From: a virus
Lineage: Duplodnaviria > Caudoviricetes
Length of the DNA: 64,000 nucleotides
Reading direction: 5' to 3' (one strand)
IMG/VR virus record: IMGVR_UViG_3300002220_003351
Span: 1-64,000 of that record
Shown here piece by piece: positions 10,101 through 20,600 of the stretch. Under the pieces are notes generated by a model. It did no database searches. It had not been told where the DNA came from and saw nothing but the letters and a program-made list of their open reading frames with translations. Each line of letters starts with the position of its first letter. Position 1 is the first letter of the stretch. The position numbers and the translations under genes were made by a program.

Positions 10101-10279
10101 ACGGGACAAGATACGAATACGACGCCGAGCCTGTAGCAGAGGACGAGGACGAGATGAAGATCAAAGTCGGCAAAGGAATCGGGGGAAGATACCTGATTCT
10201 GGAGCTTATGAACGAGGGCGACCAGACGATCACCCTGGATAAGTGGCAGGTCTACGGAATGCCCGGAGACAGAAGATGA
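7172..10279 (+). CDS. Tail fibre / receptor-binding protein with LamG-like lectin domain and degenerate transglutaminase-like (LapG/BTLCP-type) domain
   Basis: LVLNFDGADG..KFGTAS..WNHCALV..YING..WTSNFTPPT (LamG-like); WVASNITYATD..WGVTDYW.DP..T...G.GDYED (BTLCP-like); Ser/Thr-rich beta repeats. Confidence 0.7.
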   Translation: MALYSYYSSGGPWTTADAYVTLNNQTITQTLYLASGDSTRCKVWFAGNGVDSYQVQSAYLTQGIHSVSVKVNGQTSFLIPAFGRWSDYSSTTAFTLPGYVSFVTIVKLNVPILIPIIGYGDTTQTAPSAPGVVSWIDDDPDSLDDGTAVLVLNFDGADGATTWTEEAKGYSPDESYGFHLDTAQKKFGTASLKNIDSNDAYLTYLNKPNITDAFTLHFYVRISGLPSTMGPQATIGFWGSSFSLTSLVDINFYRDGVFFSVSDNNGVAALDNGGDYSELLVADVWNHCALVSINRDVFLYINGALSGSWTCYKDNPFAGPTGTYLYSNYTEDVWFDAIELTDNAKWTSNFTPPTTAPPTIKGTIDIVEVTTTATITVTDNTLIAAGDTITITETSSLGQVVVTVYTFVTNPTGADNEIVIGPDADTTAANIADTINETDGAEFTASSSGAVATAVKYSSDDVAITTDSSGVTIGSPLKEITYISSSASSALPSFTVYSSGSSFGDMGDYYGNVTLPAFTSEGLTDMEGNNADVYMPAFRSTGQSFLKNYPSLMTDAEKIAMLLYESEWMEWLASLIVVPGDSDDVALVATQWVASNITYATDLTTWGVTDYWIDPKATVYYGVGDYEDGAALIASIIINSGVDPNRVRVYFGEDEGVDSAWAMYQRMSDNQWVVLDWTDGSAYWNAISDVDELTPLYPSVRQIVDFDLNPDDVAYGEADEYVDYRQVIDIAGTYFYSETLYAEDYNPVLEASIPMITLSATGGGYATLTLPSITISFTGQGVIVGNLSKSIGKIEVSAIGYQEGLGSLDSDIPAVTISATGTIHPTGTLEREIPAISLVATMSSDILGSLTKSVGAIILDGNCYWMGSNDGVLTIPAVSLVSSARAATIIALCLNTKNFGLTKYTSYDYNSLCIFNGKLIGTKRTGVYELEGTDDDGESISWKIRTPKLDMKTHKMRYAWLSGKASGDIKLVVETPDGTRYEYDAEPVAEDEDEMKIKVGKGIGGRYLILELMNEGDQTITLDKWQVYGMPGDRR

Positions 10280-11493
10280 GCGAGATCACCGACAAGAAGC
10301 GGGGCTTTGTCACTCCACCGGGAAATCTTCTCTCCCAGGTCCAATCCTTGTCTTTCAACCGCCGGATGCGCGAAGAGCTCGGGGGCCTCGATATCACCCA
10401 GCTCAAGAGATTCTTCCAGGACGGGGAGACAATCATTAAGGGCCATGGGCTCTATGAGAAGGTCATCCCGACCCTAAAGGACGAAAAGAAGTATTCCCCA
10501 ATAACCATTTATCAGCCCCCTTCGGAGATAGAATATAGGGATCTTGCACCGAAGACACTTCGTTATTGGAACAATGTCCCGACATACAGCCTGACCGAAG
10601 TTGCTGCATCAATGGCCGTATGCCTTCCCGCCCCCAAAAGAATCTTGAGCGCCGCCGAGGCCAGAGTATTCAGGATGATGGGAACAAAAAGGAAGGTGTT
10701 TGTCTTCCCCGGATCCGATGTGGATATATTCAATTATGTGATCGACCAGATGGGGTCTATTTTCGAGTTGATTCCGTTTTCTACACAGTCCTTGGTCGGT
10801 ACTTCCGGAATCCTCCCCACCGGAGAACTGATTGGCATTCCAAACACAAAGAGAGGATGGTTGCGAGTACAGGATAAATACGCTGCACTTGCTGTGGCGA
10901 AGGACGCATTTGGCAGGGGGCTGGCATTTGAAAATATCATTTCTATATTTCCGACATTTGTTTATCCGAGAGGCAATGGGGGTGTCTATGAAACAGGTTA
11001 TGTGTGGGATGAGGGGACAATAGCACTGACAGAGGCGCATTATGGCGGTTCGGCTTACGGATTCCAGAAAAACACAATTTATCCAACCGCTTATTCATAT
11101 GATAACTGGCCAGGACTCTCGAAAGAACAGGTATTGGCATGGCTCAACAGCATTATATCCAATATGCCGTATATCAAGAAGTCGACGTCCGGGTATTCGC
11201 TAACGACAGACTCAAGAGGATGGGTAAACTTTCAGGACTATGCCCTCTATGATTGGATCTCTGCGACAATGGCTTATTACACGGGGGATCATATTCTTGT
11301 TTCCGGATTTACCCCATATTGGCTGACCGCAGGATACGATATAGATGATGATTCTTATTATTCTACAAAGCAGCTTTCCAGTTGGTGGGCATACGAAGAA
11401 TGGGGAACCACCGATGTGCTCCATCAGTATTTCTACAATATGCCCCAGTATTTTCTGTACGACGACACATACATTCCGCCTATTCAGGGTTAG
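10276..11493 (+). CDS. Hypothetical virion-associated protein with AT-rich, Tyr/Trp-rich C-terminal region
   Basis: ATGA overlap with the upstream stop (ATG 10276); in the structural operon. Confidence 0.6.
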   Translation: MSEITDKKRGFVTPPGNLLSQVQSLSFNRRMREELGGLDITQLKRFFQDGETIIKGHGLYEKVIPTLKDEKKYSPITIYQPPSEIEYRDLAPKTLRYWNNVPTYSLTEVAASMAVCLPAPKRILSAAEARVFRMMGTKRKVFVFPGSDVDIFNYVIDQMGSIFELIPFSTQSLVGTSGILPTGELIGIPNTKRGWLRVQDKYAALAVAKDAFGRGLAFENIISIFPTFVYPRGNGGVYETGYVWDEGTIALTEAHYGGSAYGFQKNTIYPTAYSYDNWPGLSKEQVLAWLNSIISNMPYIKKSTSGYSLTTDSRGWVNFQDYALYDWISATMAYYTGDHILVSGFTPYWLTAGYDIDDDSYYSTKQLSSWWAYEEWGTTDVLHQYFYNMPQYFLYDDTYIPPIQG

Positions 11494-11502
11494 GAGGTTA
11501 TC

Positions 11503-13017
11503 ATGGGTTACGCACTTGATTTGGTCAGTCAGCAGTTCACCGACCTGAAGACATACGCGGACACAACCTACGACGCGGCGGTGTCGGCGGTGTCCTCCCT
11601 CAACAACGCCCTCGGGGACACTGCGATCGACACCACAAGGCCGGATCTCGACGCCATCGAGACCGCCCAGTCCTTTGATGTCGACCCCCTCATTCTGGAG
11701 ACCATCAACGACATTGAGGACAAGGTGGACTCTCTCACGGACGACATCCCGGAGCCGGGGTCTGCCCCGACTGTGGCCCAATACAACCTCCCCACGGAAC
11801 CGAGCATCGAGTGGCCCACGGTCCCCACGTTGTCGGATATCTCCATACCCGACTTCCAGGAAGATACCATCCGATCTTTGGAATCCGTCCTCCCGACGAT
11901 CGACTTCGATGTCCCGGATCTTGAGAACGAGATCCGAACCGCCCTTTCGAGCGCGGTCACCGCCCCCGCCCTGTCGGACCTGGGGCTTGCGGAGGCTGTC
12001 CACAACAAGTTAAAGAGCAACATCGAGGACGGGGGGACCATGATCGACTCCTCCGTTGAAGACGACATCTGGAACCGTGACCTCGAAAGGCACGAGCAGA
12101 CCCTCCAGGACATCGTCGACAAGGCCACGAGCCAGTGGGCGAAGCTGGGGTTCAGCCTCCCGGACGGGCTCCTGGCCTCGAACCTTCTGGCCATCAACAA
12201 CGAATACGCCAACAAGAGGCTCGACAGGTCCCGGGAGATCGCCGTCAAGCAGGCCGAGCTGGAGCAGCAGGGGATGTTCAAGTCCCTCGAATTGGGGACA
12301 GGGTTCTCCAATATGTGGTTCGGGGTTCTGGAGGCCTACAAGAAGAGGGCCTTCGATCTCACCAAGATCACTGTGGACACCATGCTGGCCATCTACAAGG
12401 AAAGGGTGAATCAGTTCAACCTTAAACTCGAATCCTTCAAGGCCGATCTTCTGGCCTGGAAGACCGGGATCGAAAGGGAGATGCTCCGGGCCGAGGTCTA
12501 CAAGGCGAGGATCGCTGGCCTCCAGTTGGTCGTGAGTATTGACGAGTCCAAGGTCAAGATCTACCAGTCCCGCATTGCCGCCGTGTCCGAACTCGTCAAG
12601 GTGTGGGACACCCAGATCCGGGCGGTGGCCACGATGTACGATGTCGAGAAGACGAAGCTCGAAGCCTACAAGACCGAGGTCGAGGCCTACGCCACGAGGA
12701 TTGATTCGGCCACCAAGAAGTACGCCGCCTCCATGGAGGGGGTCAAGGCGATCATCCAGGGGTGGGCCGCCTCTGCGGATGCAAAAGTGAAACTGATTGA
12801 GATTAAGGCGAAAGCTGATATGTTTGAAGGGGACGCCGAACTAAAGCAATGGGAGATCGAACTCAAGACCAAGGAGCAGGAGCTGGCTCTGAGGCTTGAG
12901 GGGTTGAGGGCGGTGGCGCAGCTCACAAGCAACATCGCCGCAGGAGCCCTGTCTGCGGTCCATGCGAGCGCACAGGCCGGGTACAGCACACAAATGTCGT
13001 ACAGTTACCAGGAATAA
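11503..13017 (+). CDS. Coiled-coil virion structural protein
   Basis: 504 aa, GGAGG RBS, long heptad-rich helical C-terminal half. Confidence 0.6.
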   Translation: MGYALDLVSQQFTDLKTYADTTYDAAVSAVSSLNNALGDTAIDTTRPDLDAIETAQSFDVDPLILETINDIEDKVDSLTDDIPEPGSAPTVAQYNLPTEPSIEWPTVPTLSDISIPDFQEDTIRSLESVLPTIDFDVPDLENEIRTALSSAVTAPALSDLGLAEAVHNKLKSNIEDGGTMIDSSVEDDIWNRDLERHEQTLQDIVDKATSQWAKLGFSLPDGLLASNLLAINNEYANKRLDRSREIAVKQAELEQQGMFKSLELGTGFSNMWFGVLEAYKKRAFDLTKITVDTMLAIYKERVNQFNLKLESFKADLLAWKTGIEREMLRAEVYKARIAGLQLVVSIDESKVKIYQSRIAAVSELVKVWDTQIRAVATMYDVEKTKLEAYKTEVEAYATRIDSATKKYAASMEGVKAIIQGWAASADAKVKLIEIKAKADMFEGDAELKQWEIELKTKEQELALRLEGLRAVAQLTSNIAAGALSAVHASAQAGYSTQMSYSYQE

Positions 13018-13027
13018 GGAGGTCACC

Positions 13028-13483
13028 ATGCCAGGAGACTATGACGGAACGATGAATCAATTCAAACCGGCGGCGGGGGTTCAGTTGTCCCCGGACCTCC
13101 AGAAGATCATCAGCCAGATCTCGAATACCATCGTGAGCCCCGGGAGGAAGATCGCCGCCCTCGCTGATGTGGGCAGGACAATCGGGGGGATCCAGCAGCA
13201 GGGGATGCAGGACACCTCCTCGATGGCAAGGCTGGGGGTCCAGCAGACTGGAGAGGACAAGCGGCTGGGGATCTCGGAGGCCGGGGCGACGCAGAGGGCG
13301 AACATAACGACACAACCGAGCCTCATCACCTCGACGGCACAGACAACTCCCATACCCGGGACCGCGCAGATCCTCGCGGAAGCGAAGAAGCGAGTGACGG
13401 GCGATACCCCGGAGATGGGGGTAGGGGGCAAGAAGTTCGATCTCGATGCCTGGAAAGAAGACAGCATGCAATGGTTTAGGTAA
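13028..13483 (+). CDS. Putative internal virion (ejection) protein
   Basis: ATG 13028 after AGGAGG; Gly/Gln/Thr-rich; first of three genes in small-medium-giant order, as for podophage ejection proteins. Confidence 0.5.
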   Translation: MPGDYDGTMNQFKPAAGVQLSPDLQKIISQISNTIVSPGRKIAALADVGRTIGGIQQQGMQDTSSMARLGVQQTGEDKRLGISEAGATQRANITTQPSLITSTAQTTPIPGTAQILAEAKKRVTGDTPEMGVGGKKFDLDAWKEDSMQWFR

Positions 13484-13500
13484 TTTAACAGGAGGTCGCC

Positions 13501-14607
13501 ATGGCTGGCAAAGACGATAATAAAAACGCATATGAGGAAATGAGCAAGGCGGCGGCAAATGCCGTGAAGTATGTGGGCACACAGGTCTTGCCGTCACTCG
13601 CTATCGCCCCTGCTGTCGCGGCAAAGAAGTTTGCTGATCTTCCCGGCGGGGAAGCCGGGATACTGACAGAGGCGGGCTTGTCGTATCCGACAAAGGGGGT
13701 AGGTGTTCAGCCGAAAATTGCCCCGAAACTTGCCCCTCAGATCGTTGCTACGCCCCAACCGGGGGGCGTTTCCCCGAGTCCAGCCAGTCCGGCCTCCAGG
13801 CCTTCAGTCGTACCGACCGGAAATGTGACAGAGAAGCCTGTCCGCAAGGCCATCCACGAGCTGTATGGAAGCCCGAGAGAGGCGCTTCTCGCCATGCCCG
13901 ACGAAGAATACAAAGGGTTTGTTGACCGGAATCGAATCCCTGGAATAGGGTATACTGAATCAGGCGGCAGGCTGGAGCGGGTTCTGCCCCCGAGGCCCAA
14001 CCCGCAAGCGGAAGCTGGTTTTGGGGTACAGGATCTCAGCCCGATTCAGATTCAAGCCTACAACACGGTCCTTGACACCCTGGCAAAGGGCAGGGCGGCT
14101 GACATCTCCGAGCAACGGCTCGGTGTCGAATCCAAGAGAGCGGAGGCCCTTGAAAAGAGGTACGCCTCCCTGGATGAATCCTCCAAGAGGTCCCAGGACA
14201 GGGCCGACAGGACATTTGAGGAAATCAAGCTGCGGGAACTCGAAGAGAAGGGACTTTCGAGGGAAGAAAAGGCCATGGGCGAAACCATCAAGGCCTACTC
14301 TCCGAAGATGAAGGTCAAAAGATATACTCCGGACGGGGGAGAGGAAGAGGTTGTTGTCGCCAACACCGATATCGGTGAAATTAAATATGTTCTCGGCGGA
14401 CACAAGATTCCCAAGGGCCAGGAAGCCTGGGCCGAAGCTGTCCTTGAAAGAGCAAAACCGTATGCTGCCGAGTTTGACAGACAGTTCCTTTTGAAGTATC
14501 CAACTGGGGTCAGCACATCCGGCAGGAAGATCACAGACATTCCCATCCGTGAGAAGGTGGAGGCGATGTTCGCTGCGGAAGGTAACAAAAAAGAGACCAA
14601 GAAATAG
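13501..14607 (+). CDS. Putative internal virion (ejection) protein
   Basis: 368 aa, AGGAGG RBS, low-complexity N-terminus, precedes the giant polyvalent protein. Confidence 0.5.
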   Translation: MAGKDDNKNAYEEMSKAAANAVKYVGTQVLPSLAIAPAVAAKKFADLPGGEAGILTEAGLSYPTKGVGVQPKIAPKLAPQIVATPQPGGVSPSPASPASRPSVVPTGNVTEKPVRKAIHELYGSPREALLAMPDEEYKGFVDRNRIPGIGYTESGGRLERVLPPRPNPQAEAGFGVQDLSPIQIQAYNTVLDTLAKGRAADISEQRLGVESKRAEALEKRYASLDESSKRSQDRADRTFEEIKLRELEEKGLSREEKAMGETIKAYSPKMKVKRYTPDGGEEEVVVANTDIGEIKYVLGGHKIPKGQEAWAEAVLERAKPYAAEFDRQFLLKYPTGVSTSGRKITDIPIREKVEAMFAAEGNKKETKK

Positions 14608-14615
14608 GTGGGACT

Positions 14616-17600
14616 ATGGCTGAGGACTACACCTGGTTACAACCTTTACGCCCCGAAACCGAAGAAGAGGCCCCACCCGAAGCGTCGTCGCTGTTTCGCC
14701 GTGGGGTTGTGGACCCCCTGGTCGGACTGGCCAAGGGAACCATCGTCGGAATCCCGGAAACAGTAATAGGGCTGGCGAACATCCCCACCCTGGGGTATGC
14801 GGGGAAGGCAGTCGAAGCGGGAATGAGGGGCGTCGGCTTGAGGACCCTTCCCGAAATGGAAGAGGCCATGACAGGCCTCCTCACCCCGGAGACCAGACAG
14901 GCCCAGAAAGAGGTCCAGGAAACAAAGGGATTTTTCCCAACCGTTGGTGCGGCTCTGCAAAGACCGTCCACAATAGCCCAAGTCGTAGCGGAGTCCATTC
15001 CCTCCATGGCTGTCGGGGCAAGAGTGGCTGGAGCTGCGCTTGGTGTTGGAGCGCAGGGCATCTCCAAGGCCGAAAGGCTGCGGAGAGGGATAATGGCCGG
15101 TGGCATTGGTGAGGGCGCTATCACCGCAGGCCAGAACATCGAGAGCATTCGTCAGCAGACGGAAGAAGGGGTCCTTACTCCGGAGCAGGTGGCCATCGGC
15201 GCGGTATCCGGGGCGCTTACCGGGGCCATCGGTATGGCGAGCGGGAAGTTCGCTAAGTGGCTTAAACTCGAAGACTTTGACACTCTGCTCACCGGGGCTC
15301 GAAGCGGGGTTGTCGGCGGTGACGCCAAGAATGTCTTCAAGAAGATCATTGTCAATGCGTTCCGGGAAGGTGTCATTGAAGAGCTTCCGCAGTCCCTCCA
15401 GGAACAGATTGCAGAAAATATCGCCCTCGGAAAGCCCATTGACGACAACGTCATGGAACAGGGCGCTATGGGGATGCTGGCCGGGTTCGCCCAAGGTGCC
15501 GGAGCACAAATTGCCGGGGATCTCCTTGATAGGGTGAAACGCAAAGACCCCGTAGACGAAGCCATCGACAAGATGATCGCTGAGACAGATCCCGAGATGG
15601 CGGCAATGGTCAATCCCCCCGTGATCCCAGAGACCCCTAAAGCGCCTGCGGCACCTGCCCCGGAGGCGGTTCCCCCGGCGGCCCCGATTCAGGAAGCTCC
15701 GGTGGCTCTCGTTGCCCCGGAGGCTCCGGCAAAAACCCCTGTTGAGACAGTCCCCGTTACCCAGGAGGCTGAAGCTCCCGCCCCTGAAGCAATTACCCCA
15801 GTGGAGCAGCCAGCGGAGGGACAGGTGTCCCCTCCAGCAGAAGTTCCCCCCGTAGAGGACCAGGTGACAAGGGACGCCGCCGCAACCCATCCCGCAGAGT
15901 ACACAAAGGGCCGGGAGGACATTGCCAAAGTTATCGCCTCCAGTGGAGTGGAAACTGCCGCAGCCCAGATAGACGCCTACAAGAAGGGAGTCCAGAACTG
16001 GATCGCCCAGAACGGGGAGCCCAACGAGAAGGTCAAGGGTACGATCGCCATGATCAAGGGGATGGAGGATGCCCTTGTATCCCCCGCTACGATCGCAGAA
16101 CAGCCCGCAGGAGAGACTTTGGCCCCCAAGACGGCCACTGCCCCGTCCGAAACACCGATCGCTCCTGGGGCAGAAATCGCCCCCCAAGAGGCCGTGAGCA
16201 AGGAAATTCCTCCCCAGGAGGCACGAACGCCTGCCGAGACGGCTGTGGGTATGGCCCCGGAGGAGAAAGCTGTTCCTGAGGCAAAAACAGCCCTTGAGCA
16301 GGCTGTTCCCGAAATACCGGCGCTCCTCCAGAAGTCAGATGAACACTACGCCCGGGCCAAGGCGCTGATGAATTCCACCGACCCCAAGGACCAGGCCCTT
16401 GCCCAACAGGAGCTTGCCGCCGGGGCGAAGACATTTGCCCAATGGCGGAAAGAGAACCCCAATACCCCTGACCCCAGGGAGGGACAGGGAACCCAGATGG
16501 TCCGGGAGAAAATCTCTCAGGCCAAGACACTCAAGGCGACCCTGAAGGCAAACCAGGAGGGCGTGGATAAACAGCTTAAGGAGAAGGTTATCACTCCTGA
16601 GGTTCACGACGCCGTCTCAAAGATCAACAAGAAGCTGGAGCGGCTCAAGTTAAATGTACCCGTCCGGTACGCCAAGGCGGCGACCCGTACAGATGAAGGG
16701 GACAGCATCGTCATTGATGCGAACACCAAAGAGGGGGCCCAGGTCCTCAGAAAGCAGGGCTGGTCCGAGGACAGGATCAATAAAGCAAAGGAGGTTGGAT
16801 ATGTCGCAAGAATTTCCGCGGAAACAGTACGTCACGAGGACAGTCCTGGTGGACCCGTCCGGCAAGAGGTTATTCTCTACGACCAAAGTGAGTCCGTGGA
16901 TGCCAGACACGAAGCCATCCACGTCCTTGTCGGAGCAGGAATCCTCGACCCCGGCCCCGCCCCCCGAGGAGTAACCGAGAGAGCCCACGAAGAGAGGTTC
17001 GTGGACCAGGTCCTGAAGGACATCGAATCAGGGAAGGTGGACTTTGAAACCCTCGGAGAGGCTCAGGCTCAGGCCAAGCCCAAAACATCCACAAAGGCAA
17101 AAGAGAGCCTCAAAAGGATTCGCCTTGAAGCGAAGCGATCTCTTGAAGTAGAGGCCAATATCACGACAGTCTCCAGCGAGGAGAAGATCGCAAAGAGGCT
17201 TGCAGCCGGGGATAGATATCTTGCCGCAATCGACAGGAAGATTCTGGATCTTAATAATAGGGGTTCGGAACTTCTGGCAACGGATCAAGAGGGCGCACAA
17301 AAGCTATTCTCGCAAGCCATCAGGCTCCAGAAACAGGTTCTTGGCGACCAGTTCTCCCAGATCGAGGGATTAACGGACCTCGTTTTCAAGGAAGGACATG
17401 GAAGATATGAGGGGGGCGGTGAAGCAACTCTTGTTATCCAGGCAAAAGTTCCCGAAGAAAAGACAGGATTATTTAAGGCCATCCTTGCGAGAGAGGGAAT
17501 AACCCATGACCAAAATGCGGTCTATGTCTCTTACAACATTGACGTAACAGAGCCGGAAGGATGGGACCAGAGCCAGTATCCGAGCACAATCTTTTATTTT

Positions 17601-20600
17601 GAAAAACGCTTGACACCGCGAGAATCAGAGCTTATCATACAACTAATGACGGAGAGTGGGATCGGAGGATCGACCTATCTCCCCGCCGACATGACCTTAA
17701 CACTCAAGCACATAAAGGAGTATGACCCGGAAGCGGTAGAATGGGAGAAAAAGATAGATTCCTTCATCGACAAGATGAAGGCGAGCGGAATTCAGCATAG
17801 GCATTCTCGAATATGGCAGAAGATCGACGACATCAGGAGGGATGATTATGAAGGGCTCGTCAGAAAACACGCGGCCGAAATCGCACATACAATCGCTCGT
17901 GGACGCATTCGACAAGAGGCACGCGGATACCCTGATGTCCCCGGAGGAGAGGGACGCCCTCTTCAAGAAGCTGGGGATTACTATGGGCGGGGTGGAGGTT
18001 ACATTCGAGAAGCGGCCTCCACAGGACCCGGACCTGGGAGATCTGTCGGAAAGCCGTCAGGATTATCTGAGAAGGATATACGGGAAGGCCGCTACTCCGT
18101 CCAAATAAGCAAGCAGGAAGCCCTCAAGAAGAAGATCATCCTTAAGAAGGACCCGTCCGCAGGTTCGCCTGTTGACTTCAAGAACAAAGATGTAATTCTC
18201 ACCCACTGGTCCAAAGAACCCAACCTCACCAAAACCGACCCAGAGAAGCACGGGACCGGATATTCGGGAGCCGAAAGGAAATCCAAGGACGCATACCCCA
18301 ATCTGTGGATTCAGAAGACCTACGCCGGGTACGGAACTTACGAAGCCGAGGAGGGGCTTGGTCCCCACAGGTACCAAATAGACATCAAGGGGAATGACCT
18401 TTACGACATCTGGGAAGACCCGCTTAAGCTGGACCCTTCTGCCGATGAAGTGCGGAAGATGGGGTACTACACCGCCGCTGCACAACATCTTATCCATGAG
18501 CAGAGAATCAGGCAGCTTGGGTTTAAGGGTTTTGTCTCAACCCCCCATAATGTGGCAGCAATCTACGAGCCGGTCTCTGTCCAGAAGGTAGAGCCCGCAA
18601 CAGAGACCCTCCCCCAGAAGGAATCAAGGTACTCAGTATCCCCGGAACAGGGTAAGGGCACCGTGGGAGATAAACAGGCTGAATATGCCGAGAAGTTCAA
18701 AGGCGATTATCAGTTTGACCCCGAAACGCAGGTACTAATTGGCTCAAGATATCCAACAGTCGTACCTCGTTATTTCTACCATCGCCCCCCGAGCGAATTG
18801 AAAGAAGGGATTAAGGCATACAAAAACCGGAACGCCGATGGATCTTCAGAATACATCGACAAGGCATTTGGTGCCCCAGCGTCTGACAATATTGTGTGGC
18901 TTTCCCGGCAACCAGATTATGGAAAAACATCAAGTCTCAGGATAGACCTTGCCCAGCTCGATCCAGCAAACTTACGAGACACCGGACAGGCAGAGGGGAA
19001 TATATGGCATAGAGGGGATATCCCTGAAAGTGCCATTGTCCGTCAATCCCCGGAACAGGGTAAGGGGGACGCGGCCTACCTCAAAGCCGTAAAATCCGGG
19101 GACATGGAGACCGCCCAGAAGATGGTGGATGAGGCGGCGAGGGAGGCGGGGTATAAGATTGGGCCAGTGTATCACGGAGCAGGCGAGAAGTTTAATCAAT
19201 TTGATACAAGGGGAGGAGGGTGGTTTATTTCCTCGAAAAAAGAGGCCGCAGAATATGGGAATGGGGAAGACATTGTCTCTGCGTATCTGTCCATGAAAAA
19301 CCCCCTCACGATGACACATAAAGAGAATGCGACTTATGGGGCTGAGCTTGCAGAACGCAAGGCGAGGAGGCTCGGAAACGATGGGGTTATCATTCCTGCA
19401 AACAAAGAATTTGCGGAAGAAAACGTCTATACCGAGGCAGAGCATGATGTCTATGTTGCGCTATCCCCCGAGCAGATCAAATCCGCCGACCCCGTCACCT
19501 ACGACGACCAGGGCAACGTCATCCCCCTGAGTGAGAGGTTCAACGAAAAGAGCCCGGACGTAAGGTATTCCATCAAGACCACCCTCAGCAACGCCATCGC
19601 CTACATGACCGGGAAGTCCCAGACCCCCGTCTCAAGCACCACCCAGAGCGCCTCGTGGGACACCCCCCAGAAAACGAAGATGAGCGACATGGTTTACAGC
19701 ATCTTCGACAAGCAGATTGACATGAGGGAGGTCGTAAAGAACATAAAGGCCTATCTTGGGTCCATCAAGGAGGACATCGACCCCTCCCAGAAAGAAACCC
19801 TCTTCCATGGAAGGGTAGCCACAAAGTCCGAAGACTTCATTAGAGACGAGTTCCACCCTTTAATAGAGGATATGGCCGCCAAGAAGGTCGACCTTGAGGA
19901 GTTCGAGACCTACCTCTGGAACAGGCACGCCGAGGAGGCCAATAACTATGTGGCCTCAATAAACCAGAACATGCCCGACAAGGGGTCCGGGATTGCCACC
20001 CAGGACGCAAGGGATTACCTCGCCGCCCTTGACCCCAAGAAGCGGATGGTCTACGCGGCCCTCGCCAAGAGGGTTGACGCCATCCTCGAAAAGAACGCCC
20101 AGATCCTCCTTGATGAAGGATTGGAGTCCAAGAGCACCATAGACCGCTGGAAAAAGGCCTACAGGCACTACGTACCCCTCTTCCGGGAAGATCTTGAGGG
20201 GAGGCTGGGTACCGGGACAGGGTTCTCGGTGACCGGTGCCTCCAGCAAGGGCAGGCACGGCTCCACGAGGCCCGTTGCCAATATCCTGGCCAACATAGCC
20301 GAACAGAGGGACAGGTATATTGTGAGGTCCGAGAAGAACCGGATCGCCAAAGCCCTCTATGGGCTGGCCAAGCTCAATCCCAACGAGGAGTTCTGGAGAC
20401 TCGCACGCCCCACGATCGAGACCCACACCGACATCGACACCGGGCTCACGGTGAAGATCGCCGGACTCGGCTACAAACAGAGAGACAACGTGGTCATGCA
20501 CCGCGAGATCGACCCCAAGACCAAAGAGGTCGTCGAGAAAGGGGTCGAGTTCAACGACCGCAACGAGCGTGCCCTGAGAATGGCCCACGCCATCAGAAAC

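Noticed and set aside
18639-19066. Direct repeats as a DGR template/variable pair or a CRISPR remnant
   Set aside because: Only two exact 20-bp copies, no adenine-specific mismatches, and no reverse transcriptase or cas genes in the window.
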